A program made the position numbers and the translations under genes. A stretch of DNA of 64,000 nt from contig OX638150.1 of assembly GCA_951804945.1 (NCBI GenBank), forward strand, positions 35,464,001-35,528,000. The letters are read 5' to 3'. The notes under the pieces are model-generated. The model was not told the DNA's origin, searched no databases, and saw nothing but the letters and a program-made list of their open reading frames with translations. Each line of letters begins with the position of its first letter. Positions within the stretch are counted from its first letter, which is position 1. Shown piece by piece: positions 1 through 13,100 of the stretch. This stretch comes from Podarcis cretensis. Lineage: Eukaryota.

Positions 1-210
1 CCAAGTCTGACAGTGTTCTGATTATTTAATAAGTTAGAAGTGGGGAAAACTATTTTCCAAATTAGCAAGCGTTTAATCACTCTAGGTTACGTAAGTACAG
101 CAAGCTTCTGCTGTAATTGGAGTTGCATACCAAGCAAGGAACAGGCTTAACTTGATTTGAGCAGGGATAGTAGAAGAAAAAATAGTAATACTACTTTCCC
201 CACAACAATG

Positions 211-376
211 NNNNNNNNNNNNNNNNNNNNNNNNNNNNNNNNNNNNNNNNNNNNNNNNNNNNNNNNNNNNNNNNNNNNNNNNNNNNNNNNNNNNNNNNNN
301 NNNNNNNNNNNNNNNNNNNNNNNNNNNNNNNNNNNNNNNNNNNNNNNNNNNNNNNNNNNNNNNNNNNNNNNNNNNN
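211..376. other. Assembly gap (166 N)
   Basis: Run of N. Confidence 1.
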
Positions 377-459
377 GAAAGTCCACATTCTATCACAGTG
401 ATGTATGGTCAGACTTAACAGCCCCAATTGTTAAACACTTGGATCAAGTTATAACCAGT

Positions 460-465
460 TTTATT
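460..465 (-). terminator. Proximal polyadenylation signal in the H3-3B 3'UTR
   Basis: AATAAA on the minus strand ~330 nt after the stop codon; the UTR probably continues through the gap. Confidence 0.5.
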
Positions 466-797
466 GCAAAAAGACCCTGTACACATTTATATCAATTCTA
501 GTACCTTACAATTTTAGCTACCCAACAAGTCATTAACATACAGAAACATGCATGAAAAGCAAGAAAGATCACCCATCCCTTCTGCATATTAGCAACTTGT
601 CACTGTTGAGCAACAAAGCTCACATCACTGAGTTTTTATGTGAACAGTCACTTTTAGCATTCATCCTGAGTGAAAGATGGAATGACTTAAGTACAAATGT
701 AACATATTATAAACAATTTCATACAAAAAAAAGTCACAAATTGAAACCAAAGTATTTTACAGAATTTACTACAAAACACCATAAAAACTGCCTCCTC

Positions 798-1612
<815 letters not shown>

Positions 1613-2132
1613 TTACTTTTTTTTACTAGGAGAAAAAAGCAAACGAGAGGTTAGCAACGGAAGCGCTAGCCCTAACACCCTCCCTTCTGACTCTTTAGTG
1701 TTTTCCCTACCACTTCGTGCCAGTTTCCACTAACCTCCTCCCTCCCCGCCACTCTTCGGAGGAACCGCAGCGCAAGACGAATAGTAGCAGATGTCTGGGC
1801 GCTGCTCCCTCCGCGGCGGCCAGCGGAGGACATTCCCCCGGGGAACAGGAACGAGGAGTCACGCTGCCTCTCGCCCACGCGCGGTAGTAGTAGTAGAACC
1901 GAAGCCACGATTCCGCTCCATTCCACCCCCGCCGGTAGTTACGTTGCCATGACTACGACTATCAGACTATTTCATCCCTCCCCCCCCCAAGGCATACACA
2001 CCGCGGGCGAAGAGGAACAAAGCGGCCTTCACCACCCCTCCCCCACCACTCACGAAACACGGCCCAAAATACGAGAAATACACGTCCACCTTCCCCGCCC
2101 CCACTCTCCGGCTGCCCCAAGCCGAAACTCAC

Positions 2133-2220
2133 CACTTTCAGGAACGGAGCCTTTAAATACACTTCCGCTCCTACCAGCCGCGAGGTACACGTCCTACTCC
2201 TTCCCCAACGAACCCACAAC
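2133..2220 (-). other. H3-3B: Probable non-coding exon 1 of H3-3B
   Basis: Begins ~30 nt downstream of the TATA box and ends at a strong GTG|GTGAGT donor (intron starts 2132). The exon 2 acceptor TTCTCCTAG opens exon 2 at 1625. TSS is approximate. Confidence 0.6.
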
Positions 2221-2247
2221 TGTCCCCTCCCCGGCGCAGGGACACTG

Positions 2248-2494
2248 TATTTATAGAGGGAGGGGGCCTAGAACGTCATGACCTCACAATACAGACACGC
2301 AGCGCACGGAGCCATTGGCGTCTACCTCCGTTGGCGCCGTGACGTTAACTGACACAAAGGCCGTTTCCCCGAATCTCGGCCGTGATTGGATGAAACCTCG
2401 ACAGCCGATTGGTTGCTAAAGCTGCACTCCGATTGGACATCGTGAGCTGAAGCAGACCAATCGGAATTGGAGCCCAGGAGAAGGTTGTGATTGG
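2248..2494 (-). promoter_or_regulatory. H3-3B promoter: TATA box, CRE/TRE-like sites, seven CCAAT boxes
   Basis: TATAAATA (minus) at 2248-2255; ACGTCA/TGACCTCA at 2273-2286; TGACGT at 2340; ATTGG/CCAAT at 2314, 2385, 2408, 2432, 2457, 2466, 2490; CpG-rich from 1700 to 2500. Confidence 0.85.
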
Positions 2495-5400
2495 CCGGCA
2501 GAAAACATAGTTTGGATCCTACTTTTTGTTGCAAAGCTCCACAATGGAAAGTCAATGGGAAAGAAAAGCTGTCCGTTTGGAGTGTCCCAGACTGAATGAG
2601 GCGGGTAAACAGAAGGAAATACTGCCACATAAATTATTGTAGGAGGGAAAATGGTAAAGCCAGGTAGGAAGGTTGCAGTCGTATTTGAATATATCTGACT
2701 GTTTAGCGTCAGACCAAGTGGTACGAATAAAGCAAATTTCAAATATAAGTCAATAATTATTTTCTAAACAATATTGCACAGAACACGGATTATTTATTAA
2801 ATAATATTGCACAGAACACAGATTAAAACGCCCCTTTAAAATACCCTTCACATAATCATAACTCAAATATACTAAGGTTACAAATTTTATATTTTTTTCA
2901 ATTTAACAGTATATAGAAGACAAATATTTCTTAATCAAATCTAGTGGGTAAAATACAAATACTTTGGTAGGAAAACTATTACTCTATTTGGTACTCTAGC
3001 TGGCTTGCATGATCAAATAAATACCTGCAATAAGTAACATATACATATTTACAAAACAAAACATTTAAAATACGAAAAGTTCCTATTTAGCAAATACACA
3101 TTATGTTAAGTGATTTTAGCTTCTTTATACAAACTCCCTGCAGCTTCTAGGATGAGGGCCTAATACTGCAGTCTGGTGTGAAATGCAATGAGAAGTATAG
3201 ACTACTGATATGTACAAAACTATTGACATATTTTCTTATACATCTTATATATGAAGTGCATCCTAAGTAAAAGCAATATACCTGATTCTATTAAAGCACA
3301 GGTATTGCAATCTCTAAATTGATGTATTACTGATCACACAATAGCTAATGATTACATTAATTAACCCTACAGTTCTAGTATTTAACAGGATGCAAATTTC
3401 TGTAAAACAAGAAAATCCTTAATAAAATAATATCAATCCAAAACAAAACAAACAAACAAAAAGGATGCAAATTTGAAAAGTCTATTATTCTTTCTAATCA
3501 TAGTGTTCTATAAGGTAATAGTACCGAAAAAGACAAGACGCTGTTGGTAAGGTTTGAAAACACCTTCAGATCCAGCAAAACCAATTACATAATCTTTACT
3601 AGCCTGGGCATTTCTGTTGAAAGGAAGACACATCTCAAAACTGTTTCACACTCAGTGCTGAAATTACATTATATGTGCAATCAAGATGAAATTGAAGATA
3701 TAAACAATGGGACATATACTGCACACCTTATGAAATCCTGCTCCCCCACTGGCTCACAGAAATTTTATTACAGTGATAAAGATTACTAATACGTGTGGCA
3801 TGAAGATGCACATTTGCATTTCCAAACAGGTGTGACCAAATGCTGTTCATTTTAAGCACTATATTTTGTTACTGATCATCAAACATAGAATATAGTTGTA
3901 CTTTTGTGTACTTGTTTTTATTTAGTTGCAGTGTATGTACTATAATCACTTTCCTGGCAGTAAACACTATTGAACTTTGTGGGACTTCTCAGTAAACATA
4001 TATATTACTGTGGTAATATAGAACACCCAAGTTTCACAGAACAGACACCATGGCACTGCCACACCCCTTCCCATTAGAAAAAAATGTCTAAGTGCTTATA
4101 AATTGATTGCACAATCAAATACTAATTATTGTTATATTGAATACCTTTAACTTTCCTCCTCTTTGCCATAGTATACTTATTTGGTCAGTCCACAATGAGA
4201 CAAACTGGACACATAGGTATGTCCCCCTTAATGATAAGAACAATGCAATAAATGATTTATTGGGTTCCTCATAGCATCTGTGTATTAGATCAAATGAACT
4301 AAATTGAAGTCTGCAGGAGTAGGACTAATGACTAGAGATTTGTGATATTTATTTATTTGACAAAACCACTTGGTTGTTATAAAACCTATACACATAAAGA
4401 GTGAGACATACAAATAAGTTAACTAACGGAGGTGGAAGACTTTCGACATACTGTATAAGATTAGTAAGTCTGTCTTTCACACCTATCAGTAAGAATATGT
4501 CTAAGAAAATCGTATTGCGATGAAACTATTGTACCAACACCCAGCCATAATCTTATGATTTGCTGCTGATAGCACAAGACTTGGTTCAGAGATCCCAGCA
4601 TCACACAAGGGCAATCTTTCACTCAAATAGCACTATCATTCATCAATGCTGCTTACGTTCAAAGAAGCATAGCCCTTACCAATAACAGAAGCATTATAAC
4701 ATGGGGGAGAGAGCCAATCAATTCCTTGTATCCCACCAGTCCAGGATATCTTTGGCTTCTAACTCCAGTACTGTATAGCTTTGCCCTGTTTAAGAACTGA
4801 ATCATAGCAATTTCCCATTTGCTTTTAAGGGCAAGCACCTTTCTGTCCTAGTTGATTTCCACACTAACATAGTTTGCATGGCTTTGTGTAAATGTGTAAG
4901 TTCCTGGAGGGCATTGGGGCTGCTGTGCTGCTTTCCTGGTCGTCCTCCTGCCATACTACCATCAGCTGAGCCATGGTTTGGCTTACTATGTCTGAACCTG
5001 GGCTCATGGTTTGTCTTGCTCTAGACAAAACTGTGGTTCTGGCTTTGGAGGACACCGCTAAGGAGGACCAGGGAAGAATGTAGCACCTGTGATCTCTCTG
5101 GGAACTCGCATGTTGTGGTGTCAGCCTGTGCTTGCATCACAAATACAATAGGAGATAGGATTAAGCTGTGTCTTTGGCCATAACCAATTTCAAACTGGGC
5201 AATAACTGAGTATTCCAGTCCTCATGTTCACTCCTTGACTCCAGATGTTAAAGGATAAGCAAGAGAAAAGCCTACTCTCACCACCATATATAACACTAAC
5301 AGGATGAAACATTGTACCTGAAATATTGCCATAAAGAGGCTAAAAGTGTGTGTGTGGGGGGGAAGATTCCAACCCTTCTAAAGGAAGTTTAAAAGGCATG

Positions 5401-5597
5401 TTCAGCCCAAAAGTTTACTTGGAAATTAGTCCAAATGGCTTCATTTCTGAATAAATATTGTAAAAGTCTGGGAGCATAAGACTTCAGTCCTATGCAAACT
5501 TTAAGCTGCATTAAACAGTGTATGGATCACTTTCAAGCCAACATGCATAGCAGTGTGCTGCATAGAAACCAGCATAATATACTTAAGTAGGAAGATA

Positions 5598-5815
5598 CAG
5601 TGGTGCCTCGGGTTACATACGCTTCAGGTTGCAGACTCCGCTAACCCAGAAATATTACCTCGGGTTAAGAACTTTGCTTCAGGATGAGAACAGAAATCGT
5701 GCAGCAGCGGCAGCAGGAGGCCCCATTAGCTAAAGTTGTGCTTCAGGTTAAGAACAGTTTCAGGTTAAGAACAGACCTCCAGAACGAATTAAGTTCTTAA
5801 CCCGAGGTACCACTG
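5598..5815. mobile_element. Tc1/mariner-type (pogo/Tigger-like) MITE
   Basis: TIRs CAGTGGTGCCTCGGGTTA / TAACCCGAGGTACCACTG flanked by TA on both sides; same subfamily as 19041-19283. Confidence 0.85.
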
Positions 5816-6329
5816 TACTCAGTACTGCATATGATTTGACTCATGCCAACTACACAACTGAAAGAGGAATTGTAAAGCACCTTGTCTTCTGAAATATTCT
5901 ATGTAAATAAATTTATGTGCAATAAAGTCATTGCATTAACAATGGCTATACATATCTAGTTATTACTGTAAAGGTTTAACCATTTTATAGGTAAGTGGCA
6001 TAGTTTATGACAAACTATTATATTTACTCAGACACCTCACAACAGCAGACAATAGTTCATCCTGTTCTAATGATAGCAAAACATTCTATGAGAAGGATTT
6101 CGTCTAATCAACTGTTTTAAAGCCCCGGTTTTCTTTCACTATAGAAGCTGTCATTGTCAACCAGAATTGCATACAGTACTGATTTGCCATCTTAAAACTA
6201 TATAAACATCCTACAGTTCTTTACCAGAAGAACGAGTGCACAAACTCCTACATCTGCACTCCTACATCTGCGCTTGCTGACATTTGCTTCCAAGTGAACA
6301 TCGTTTGGATCGGGCTGTATCAGTTTTAC

Positions 6330-7170
6330 AAGCGGCTAAATTGTTCAAAACGCTTCGAGGCTTGCATAGCGCTGCTTCTACTTAGATCCGCTTGATGGCA
6401 ATCCATGGAGGAACTCATCCGAACTACAACTCCTATGAAACCCCGCGCTGTTGCACAATCCGGGGCAGCGAGCGCAGGGCACCCCTGGAAGTTGTAGTTT
6501 CATTGGCCGGAAGCCCAGTAGAAGAAAAGGGGGACTTTCCGCCATCACCGGGACTACAAGCCCCAGCATGCTTTGGGTAACCCGGGGCGGTAATGGCGGC
6601 GGCAGCGCCTGCGCATTGCGGTCTCCGTGCGGACCGCGCAGAGTGAATAATAAAGCTCTCCTCCTCGGTGGTAGCGGGCGGCGGCGGAGGGAGTGGAAGG
6701 CAGGAGCATGTCGAAGGGCCCGGTAGCGACCGGGCCTCCCGCGACCGGGCCGGTGGCGCCCGCCAGCGCGCTCCAGGCGCAGCCCGAGAAGCCGCAGCAC
6801 TACACGTACGTAGCGAGAACACCCGCAGCCGCCACTTACTGCTGCTGCGACCGCCGCCGCCGCACCCCTCCGCCCGGCACCCGCCCGCGCGCCACACACG
6901 CCTGACGTCAGCGGGCAGCGTGCGGCTCGCGCGCACGGAAGCCAACCGCCCGCCCGGAACCGGCTGGAACCGGTCGTGGCCGGCCTGGGCCGGTGGAATT
7001 TCGCCTGAGTGGGAGGGGGCGGGGCGGGAGCTGACACCCCCCCCCGCCGCCGCGCGCTTTTCCGTTCCCGCGCGCGAGTGCGCGCGCAAGAACAACCCCA
7101 CATACATAATACACACACCCCACAAGCTGAGGCGCGCGATACCCATGATGCGTTGCGGCTCGCGCACCCC
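6330..7170 (+). promoter_or_regulatory. CpG-island promoter of UNK with three ACTACAA-type (ZNF143/THAP11) motifs, YY1-like and NRF1-like sites
   Basis: Very high GC/CpG. ACTACAACTCC at 6423; reverse ACTACAACTTCC at 6487-6498; ACTACAAGCCCCAGCATGC at 6553-6571; AATGGCGGC at 6592; TGCGCATTGCG at 6610; CRE TGACGTCA at 6903. Confidence 0.85.
6708..6805 (+). CDS. UNK: UNK coding exon 1
   Basis: [33 protein letters not shown]; donor AC|GTACGT. Confidence 0.93.
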
Positions 7171-10100
7171 ATGGCTCCTCTACGTTGACTTTAGGGGGGT
7201 AGTGGGGACCTCTTGTAATCTTCCTCGCCCCCCTTTCCCCAAATCATCCGTTTTGTACTTGGTAGTCTTTCTCTCTCTCGGCTCTGCCTTCTTCCGCCTA
7301 GTAAAACGGTAATGCGTCTTTCCATGCCGCCAAGTAGGACGGTTGTGAAGTCAAATGTTGGAAAAACAAGTGGTTTGGTTTACTATGTTTCAATATAATC
7401 TTCGCTTTCTTTCTTAAGTACTAACCTCGTGTTAATGGCTGTGGGCTTGTGGTAAACACAAATAAGGACATCCTTTCTTATTTCGAACTGTCTTTTCTAG
7501 AGTAAAGGGACCATCTCATAAAATCTAAGCTGCTCTTTGCCAGAGCTTTGACTTTCTTTGCTGTTCTTCCTTGGCACTGGGTTAGTTTGTCTTTCTCTCA
7601 GGAGATGCCCCGTTAACATTTCAAGAATAAGGGGAACTGTGGTGTGTGTTTTGTGAAGTGAAGGATGCCAAGCCCAGGAGAAACGTTATGTAGAGTAAAT
7701 TGCTATAATTCTAGGGGGGAAATGGTAACAAAAGAGAGAGCATAAAATAGTGTTTTTTCCTCAGTCGCTGTAGTACACAATGCTTTGGTAGAAAAATGTC
7801 AAAGGGATACTGAGTTCTGAAATAAATCGCCTGTTAGTGTTCTGTGGCAATTGTGTGAGGAAAGTATTGTTTTCACTCCATTCAGAAATCCTGGTAAATT
7901 CTCTTGTGACCTAATTCTGTGAATAACTGGCTAAGCAAATGCAGGTATTTTGGACCAGACAGTGAATTATGTGCCACTGGTGACATCACCAACCTCTGTA
8001 ACATTGCACTGCAGGTGCAAATCCACAAAGGATGCTAGTACCTTGGCATAGTGTTGTGGGACAGTGGTACTACGCTAGAAACAGCCTCCATTTTTGTATG
8101 TGTCTTGTGGTATAATGCAAAGCTAATATATGGCACAGAATTGGCCAGAAATGCAGTACAGCCAGGTTAGAACTGAGAAAGTGCAACCCATCTATCTTAG
8201 GCTGCAATCCTATACAGTGGGTCCTCGGGTTTAGAACAGTCCTGTTTAAGAACGATTTGGTTTACGAACTCCGCAAAACTGGAAGTAGTGTCCCGGTTTG
8301 CAAACTTTACCTTGGTCTAAGAACAGAATCCAAATGGTGGAAGGGCACCAGTGGCGGGAGGCCTCATTAGGTAAAGCGTGCCTCGGTTTAAGAACGGTTT
8401 CAGTTTAAGAACGGAATTGAGGAACGGATTAAGTTTGTAAACTGAGGTACCACTGTACCTACATTCCTTGGACTAAACCCATTGAACTCAATAGGGCATA
8501 CTTCTGATTCGACATGTGAATTGTCTCAAGGATATGGAGAAGTGGAATAAAAATGTTGTAAATCAATAAAATGCTTCAGAGCTAGTAATACCGCTACAAG
8601 CGGTCACTGTGATTTAACTGATAACAAATGTTAGTGCAGAGTTGTCTTACTTGTAACACAGAAGATCCTGCTGCTATAGCTTGCTCCAGTATACCTCCTC
8701 CATGCAAATGCTCATTTATTTAATAAGTTTTGAAATTAATGGCTTCCCAGCCAGAATGTGGTACACTCCTGAAGCAGGCAAAGTTGAACAATAAAATAAA
8801 TTGGATACATAACTGTTGTGCAAAATTGCTTGGGTATTTGTTCTGCTGGTCAATTGGGACTCAACCAATTTTAATATCAGGCCTAGTTTACAAGTATGAC
8901 TGTAACACACACACACACAAAATCAAATGGTGAAATAAATGATACCAGGAATACAGTTCATAGGTGTGTTTTTTCATTTTTGCCTTGTGGGTGCATTTTG
9001 ATTATTTTAAAGTTTACTGAACTCATCTGTGAGGTTTAAAAATCAGTTTTCTTGTAAAAATTTGCTCAGACAAGACTTGCTGGTAGACTTTGCAAATTGA
9101 TGTTTCAAATGCAGTCTATTCTTTGCATGATCACACGTATTTTATCACACGTATTTTACTATAGTAATCAGAGCTTATGCTGAAGTAAGTGTGAGCTTAC
9201 TTAGGAGTAAGTGGGGTTAAGATTGCAGCCTTAGTGCAGCAAACGCATTTGTGTTCACAGAATGTAATGCTTGGCATTTATTTGCATTCATTTGCTTATA
9301 CTTTTGGCATTTATTTGTTGTTGTTTTTGTTGTTGTTTTTGCAATGAGAGAACCATGTGTCTTCTGGTTCTGCTGACTGTAATCTGTCCTTGATCCCTTA
9401 TCTCAAAAAGTTACTAAAGTGTGCTGAATGTACTGAAGTTATTAATAAGTTAACGTCTGCTTATAAGTCTAAGGAATTTCTTGCTGGACTGTTTCTTACA
9501 TGCATATTTATGAAGTAATTAGTAATATGTGTATTTAATAGTGTGTTATGACTTTATCTACTGTGAGGAATTAAACAGTTGTCTTTGCAAAGTGAAAACT
9601 TTGAGAACTGAGATAATCGTTACTATACAAGTTGCTGATGACTGTAAATATCTCCCTGAAGAAACATTATTGTTGCTTGAATCTGCCTTCCCCAGAAAGA
9701 AAAACTGACAGCCACTTTTCACCAGCATTAGAAACTGAGATATGAAAGCTAAGAGCTAAATGGCACCTTAAACCTAGGTTATGGGTGCAACAATGGAATA
9801 TCTAGGCACACTTTTTAATAACAAGAATTGTTGTTGTTTAGTTGTTTAGTCATGTCCAACTCTTCGTGACCCCATGGACCAGAGCATGCCAGGAACTCCT
9901 GTCTTCCACTGCCTTCCGTAGTTTGGTCAAACTCATGCTGGCAGCTTTGAGAACACTGTCCAACTATCTCATCCTCTGTCGTCCCCTTCTCCTGGTGCCC
10001 TCAATCTTTCCCAACATCAGAGTCTTATAACAAGAATACAAAGCTGAAAATTAATGAACGGCAGCTAAAACATTATGTTCATTTTTCATATGATCTAGTC

Positions 10101-13100
10101 CTTCCCCTACCTACCTCCCTAATATTCTTAAGAGGGTCTCTTCCCTAGTCTTTGGAGAGTAGCTGGAAGTAAAAGGTAAAGGGACCCCTGACCATTAGGT
10201 CCAGTCGCGGACGACTCTGGGGTTGCGGCGCTCATCTTGCTTTACTGGCCGAGGGAGCTGGCGTACAGCTTCTGGGTCATGTGGCCAGCATGACTAAGCC
10301 ACTTCTGGCAAACCAGAGCAGCGCATGGAAACACCCTTTACCTTCCTGTCGGAATGGTACCTATTTATCTACTTGCACTTGATGTGCTTTCGAACTGCTA
10401 AGTGGGCAGGAGCAGGGACCGAACAACGGGAGCTCACCCCTTTGTGGGGATTCGAACTGCCGACCTTCTGATCAGCAAGCCCTAGGTTCTGTAGGGAGGC
10501 AGAAAAAGGTCTTCCTTTCCTTCCACTCCACAGTTTTAATCTGAAATCTTAGGCACAGAACTGCGCTCAGAGCTCAGAAACTGCTCACGCTAATGAAATT
10601 CCGTGTCACAAAATGCGCATAGAACAATGAGAGTTTAGAACACTGCTTTCCACATTATATTAGGGACACTGAAATATAATCAGTTATCATTTTTATGTCT
10701 AATTGTCTCATAATGAAACATGGTTAAGATGACTGAGTTCAGACATGCTGATCCACAACATACCTGTATCTTCTTTAGAGGCAGATACATATTTTCTTAA
10801 GCCTTTAAAATTTTAGGAGGGTTTTTAATCTTGGAAATTAGAAGCAAGCAAATTTCCAATTTTGATAATTGGGTAAAGCAAAATAACAACCCAGAGAGAG
10901 AGAGAGAGTGTGTGTTCCTGTGTCCTTAAGCAGCTGTACACCTTATACTGGTTAAAGTAGTTGGGCTTGAAACGGTAGCAACATTTTCTCTCTTTTATAA
11001 GATGCTGGAATGTATTGATAATGGAAGGAATATAATTATGAAGGGGTTGTTGCTGGAATGTAAAAGTAGTTTTTGTATGCCATTTAAAAAACACAAATCT
11101 AGAAATTGTGGCTGTGTGAGAAAGATAAAATGTTTAGGCATTGGGCTGCTTGAAATACAAAGCTAAACCATGGTTTTGGTGTTACTTAAACAAGCCTAAG
11201 GACCACTCTTGTACCCCTGGCACACATGATCCCACCTTCCCTTGCATGCCACAACACTTCCTTCCTGATTTTAAGCAAACCATAGTTCACCTCCCCCCCC
11301 CCAATTTTTTTTTTTGGCAAACTATGGTTTGTGCTTGTGTGTATCCCAGTTCGGTTACGTAGAAGTAAGTTTGCACTGGTGCATTGTCACCAAGGCTATG
11401 TATACTTCGCAGAACTTATATTATTATTTTAAAATGTGTAGAAAGGAAACCTAAATCCTGTGTCAGCTAAAGCTGGTTTTATTTTTATTTGGAACAATTT
11501 TGCCATTTTATGCTCTCATAAAATTCATTAGACTTCTAATTGTGGAGAGGAGCAAGAAGCTATGCAAGGTACCTATCCCTAGACCACTAGAAAATCTGTT
11601 TAACCTCTTGTCAGTTAGGCTGTTGGCTTGTTTCTCTCCAAATAATCAAGGGTTTTAAACCACAGTTAAGTTTCAACTATGGTTTAAAGAAGTGGTTCCC
11701 AAACTTTTTTGAGCCACCGTCCCCTTCATTGCATACAATCAACTCTAGGGCTTCCTACCTTACCCTTCTGTATAAAAAGCATTGCTGTACAATCATACCT
11801 TGGGTTACAGATGCTTCAGGTTGCTTTTTTTCAGGTTACGGACCGCCGAAACCCGGAAGTACCGGAACGGGTTACTTCCGGGTTTTGGCGGATGCGCAGA
11901 AGTGCCAAATTGCAGCCTGCGCAGACGGACTGCTGCGGGTTGTGAATGTGCATCCCGCATGGATCATGTTTGCAACCCGAGCGTCCACTGTATTCAGAAT
12001 AGTGGTTTGCACAAGCCACTAAGGAGTACAATAACACAAAACATCAAAACAATAACCATTAATTGCATATTTACTGAAAATGCAATTGAAACTATTTCGT
12101 TTAGATAGTGATGAACTTGATCCAGTGACACCAGTTTTTCGAAGTCATATACCGTATTTTTTGCACCATAACACTCACTTTTTTCCTCCTAGGAAGTAAG
12201 GGTTTGAAATGTCTGTGCGTGTTATGGAGGAAATGCCTACAGGTGGCATGCCTACGGATTTTCCTCCTCTAAAAACTACGTGCGTGTTATGGTCGGGTGC
12301 GTGTTATAGAGCAAAAAATACGGTAGTTATTTACATCTCCAGCACCTCCCTGCTGTCCCCATACCTCTAAGCTCCCCCCCAGGTAATCTCACCCACCCCA
12401 GAGGGCTGTACTGCACACTATGGGAGCCACTGGTTTAAAGTCATGTGTAAACAAGGCAAGAAAGTGAGTGAAATCATAGAATCATAATACACTCCTGAAT
12501 TTGCCTTCCTTTTTTGTAACACCACAAATTTGCAATAAAGTTATAAACAAAGGCGTGTCTGCTTGAGGTGATTTAACCCCAAGAGTTCAAGCAATGAGTA
12601 TGACATATTAATTCTATCAGTCAACCATTAGGTCTTCCACGTGCAGTCTGCAGAGCAGTTATTAAAAGGGAAAGCCTGAATAAGAGACAGTAAAAGTTTA
12701 CTAGACGAGAACTATAAGGAGTAATAAGCGTGAAAAGCAGTGAGATTTCCATGTGAACAAAGCTCATTGTGCTGAAGAAGCTGAAGATCAAATGTAGTTA
12801 TTGGCATGGTATGTTTGTCTCCTTTCATAGTAAAATGATCATGTGAAATATTTGCTTGAGTATTCCCATGCAAAACACTTAACTAGTGGTTTATTTTTAT
12901 AAGCAAATAGAACAATGTTGGTGTTAAAAGGATTTCAGTGAGATTTCTAAGTAATGCTTTTTTGGAATTTTGCATCTTGATCTTGGCAACAGGTTTCCTT
13001 CTAGCCAGGGGACTATGAACACAGACCTCATGGCTACCTACAGCAGACCGATTCAGGCGTAGTTTCTGTACCAAACTGAGCAAAACTTACTCCATTGCTG

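Larger units (their letters stand above)
11690..12432. mobile_element. Non-autonomous hAT element with two nested insertions
   Basis: Ends AAGTGGTTCCCA / TGGGAGCCACTG; perfect 8-bp TSD GTTTAAAG at 11682-11689 and 12433-12440. Confidence 0.8.

Noticed and set aside
82-501. ORFs spanning the N run
   Set aside because: Artefacts of the assembly gap.
2770-2820. Short direct duplications (also ~6244, ~9130, ~29207)
   Set aside because: Two-copy 14-20 bp slippage duplications; not an array, and no CRISPR-like structure is expected or seen.
6378-7312. Long overlapping ORFs (264, 244, 214 aa) around the UNK start
   Set aside because: They are stop-poor CpG-island frames with low-complexity Arg/Ala/Gly/Pro content; only 6708-6805 matches UNK.
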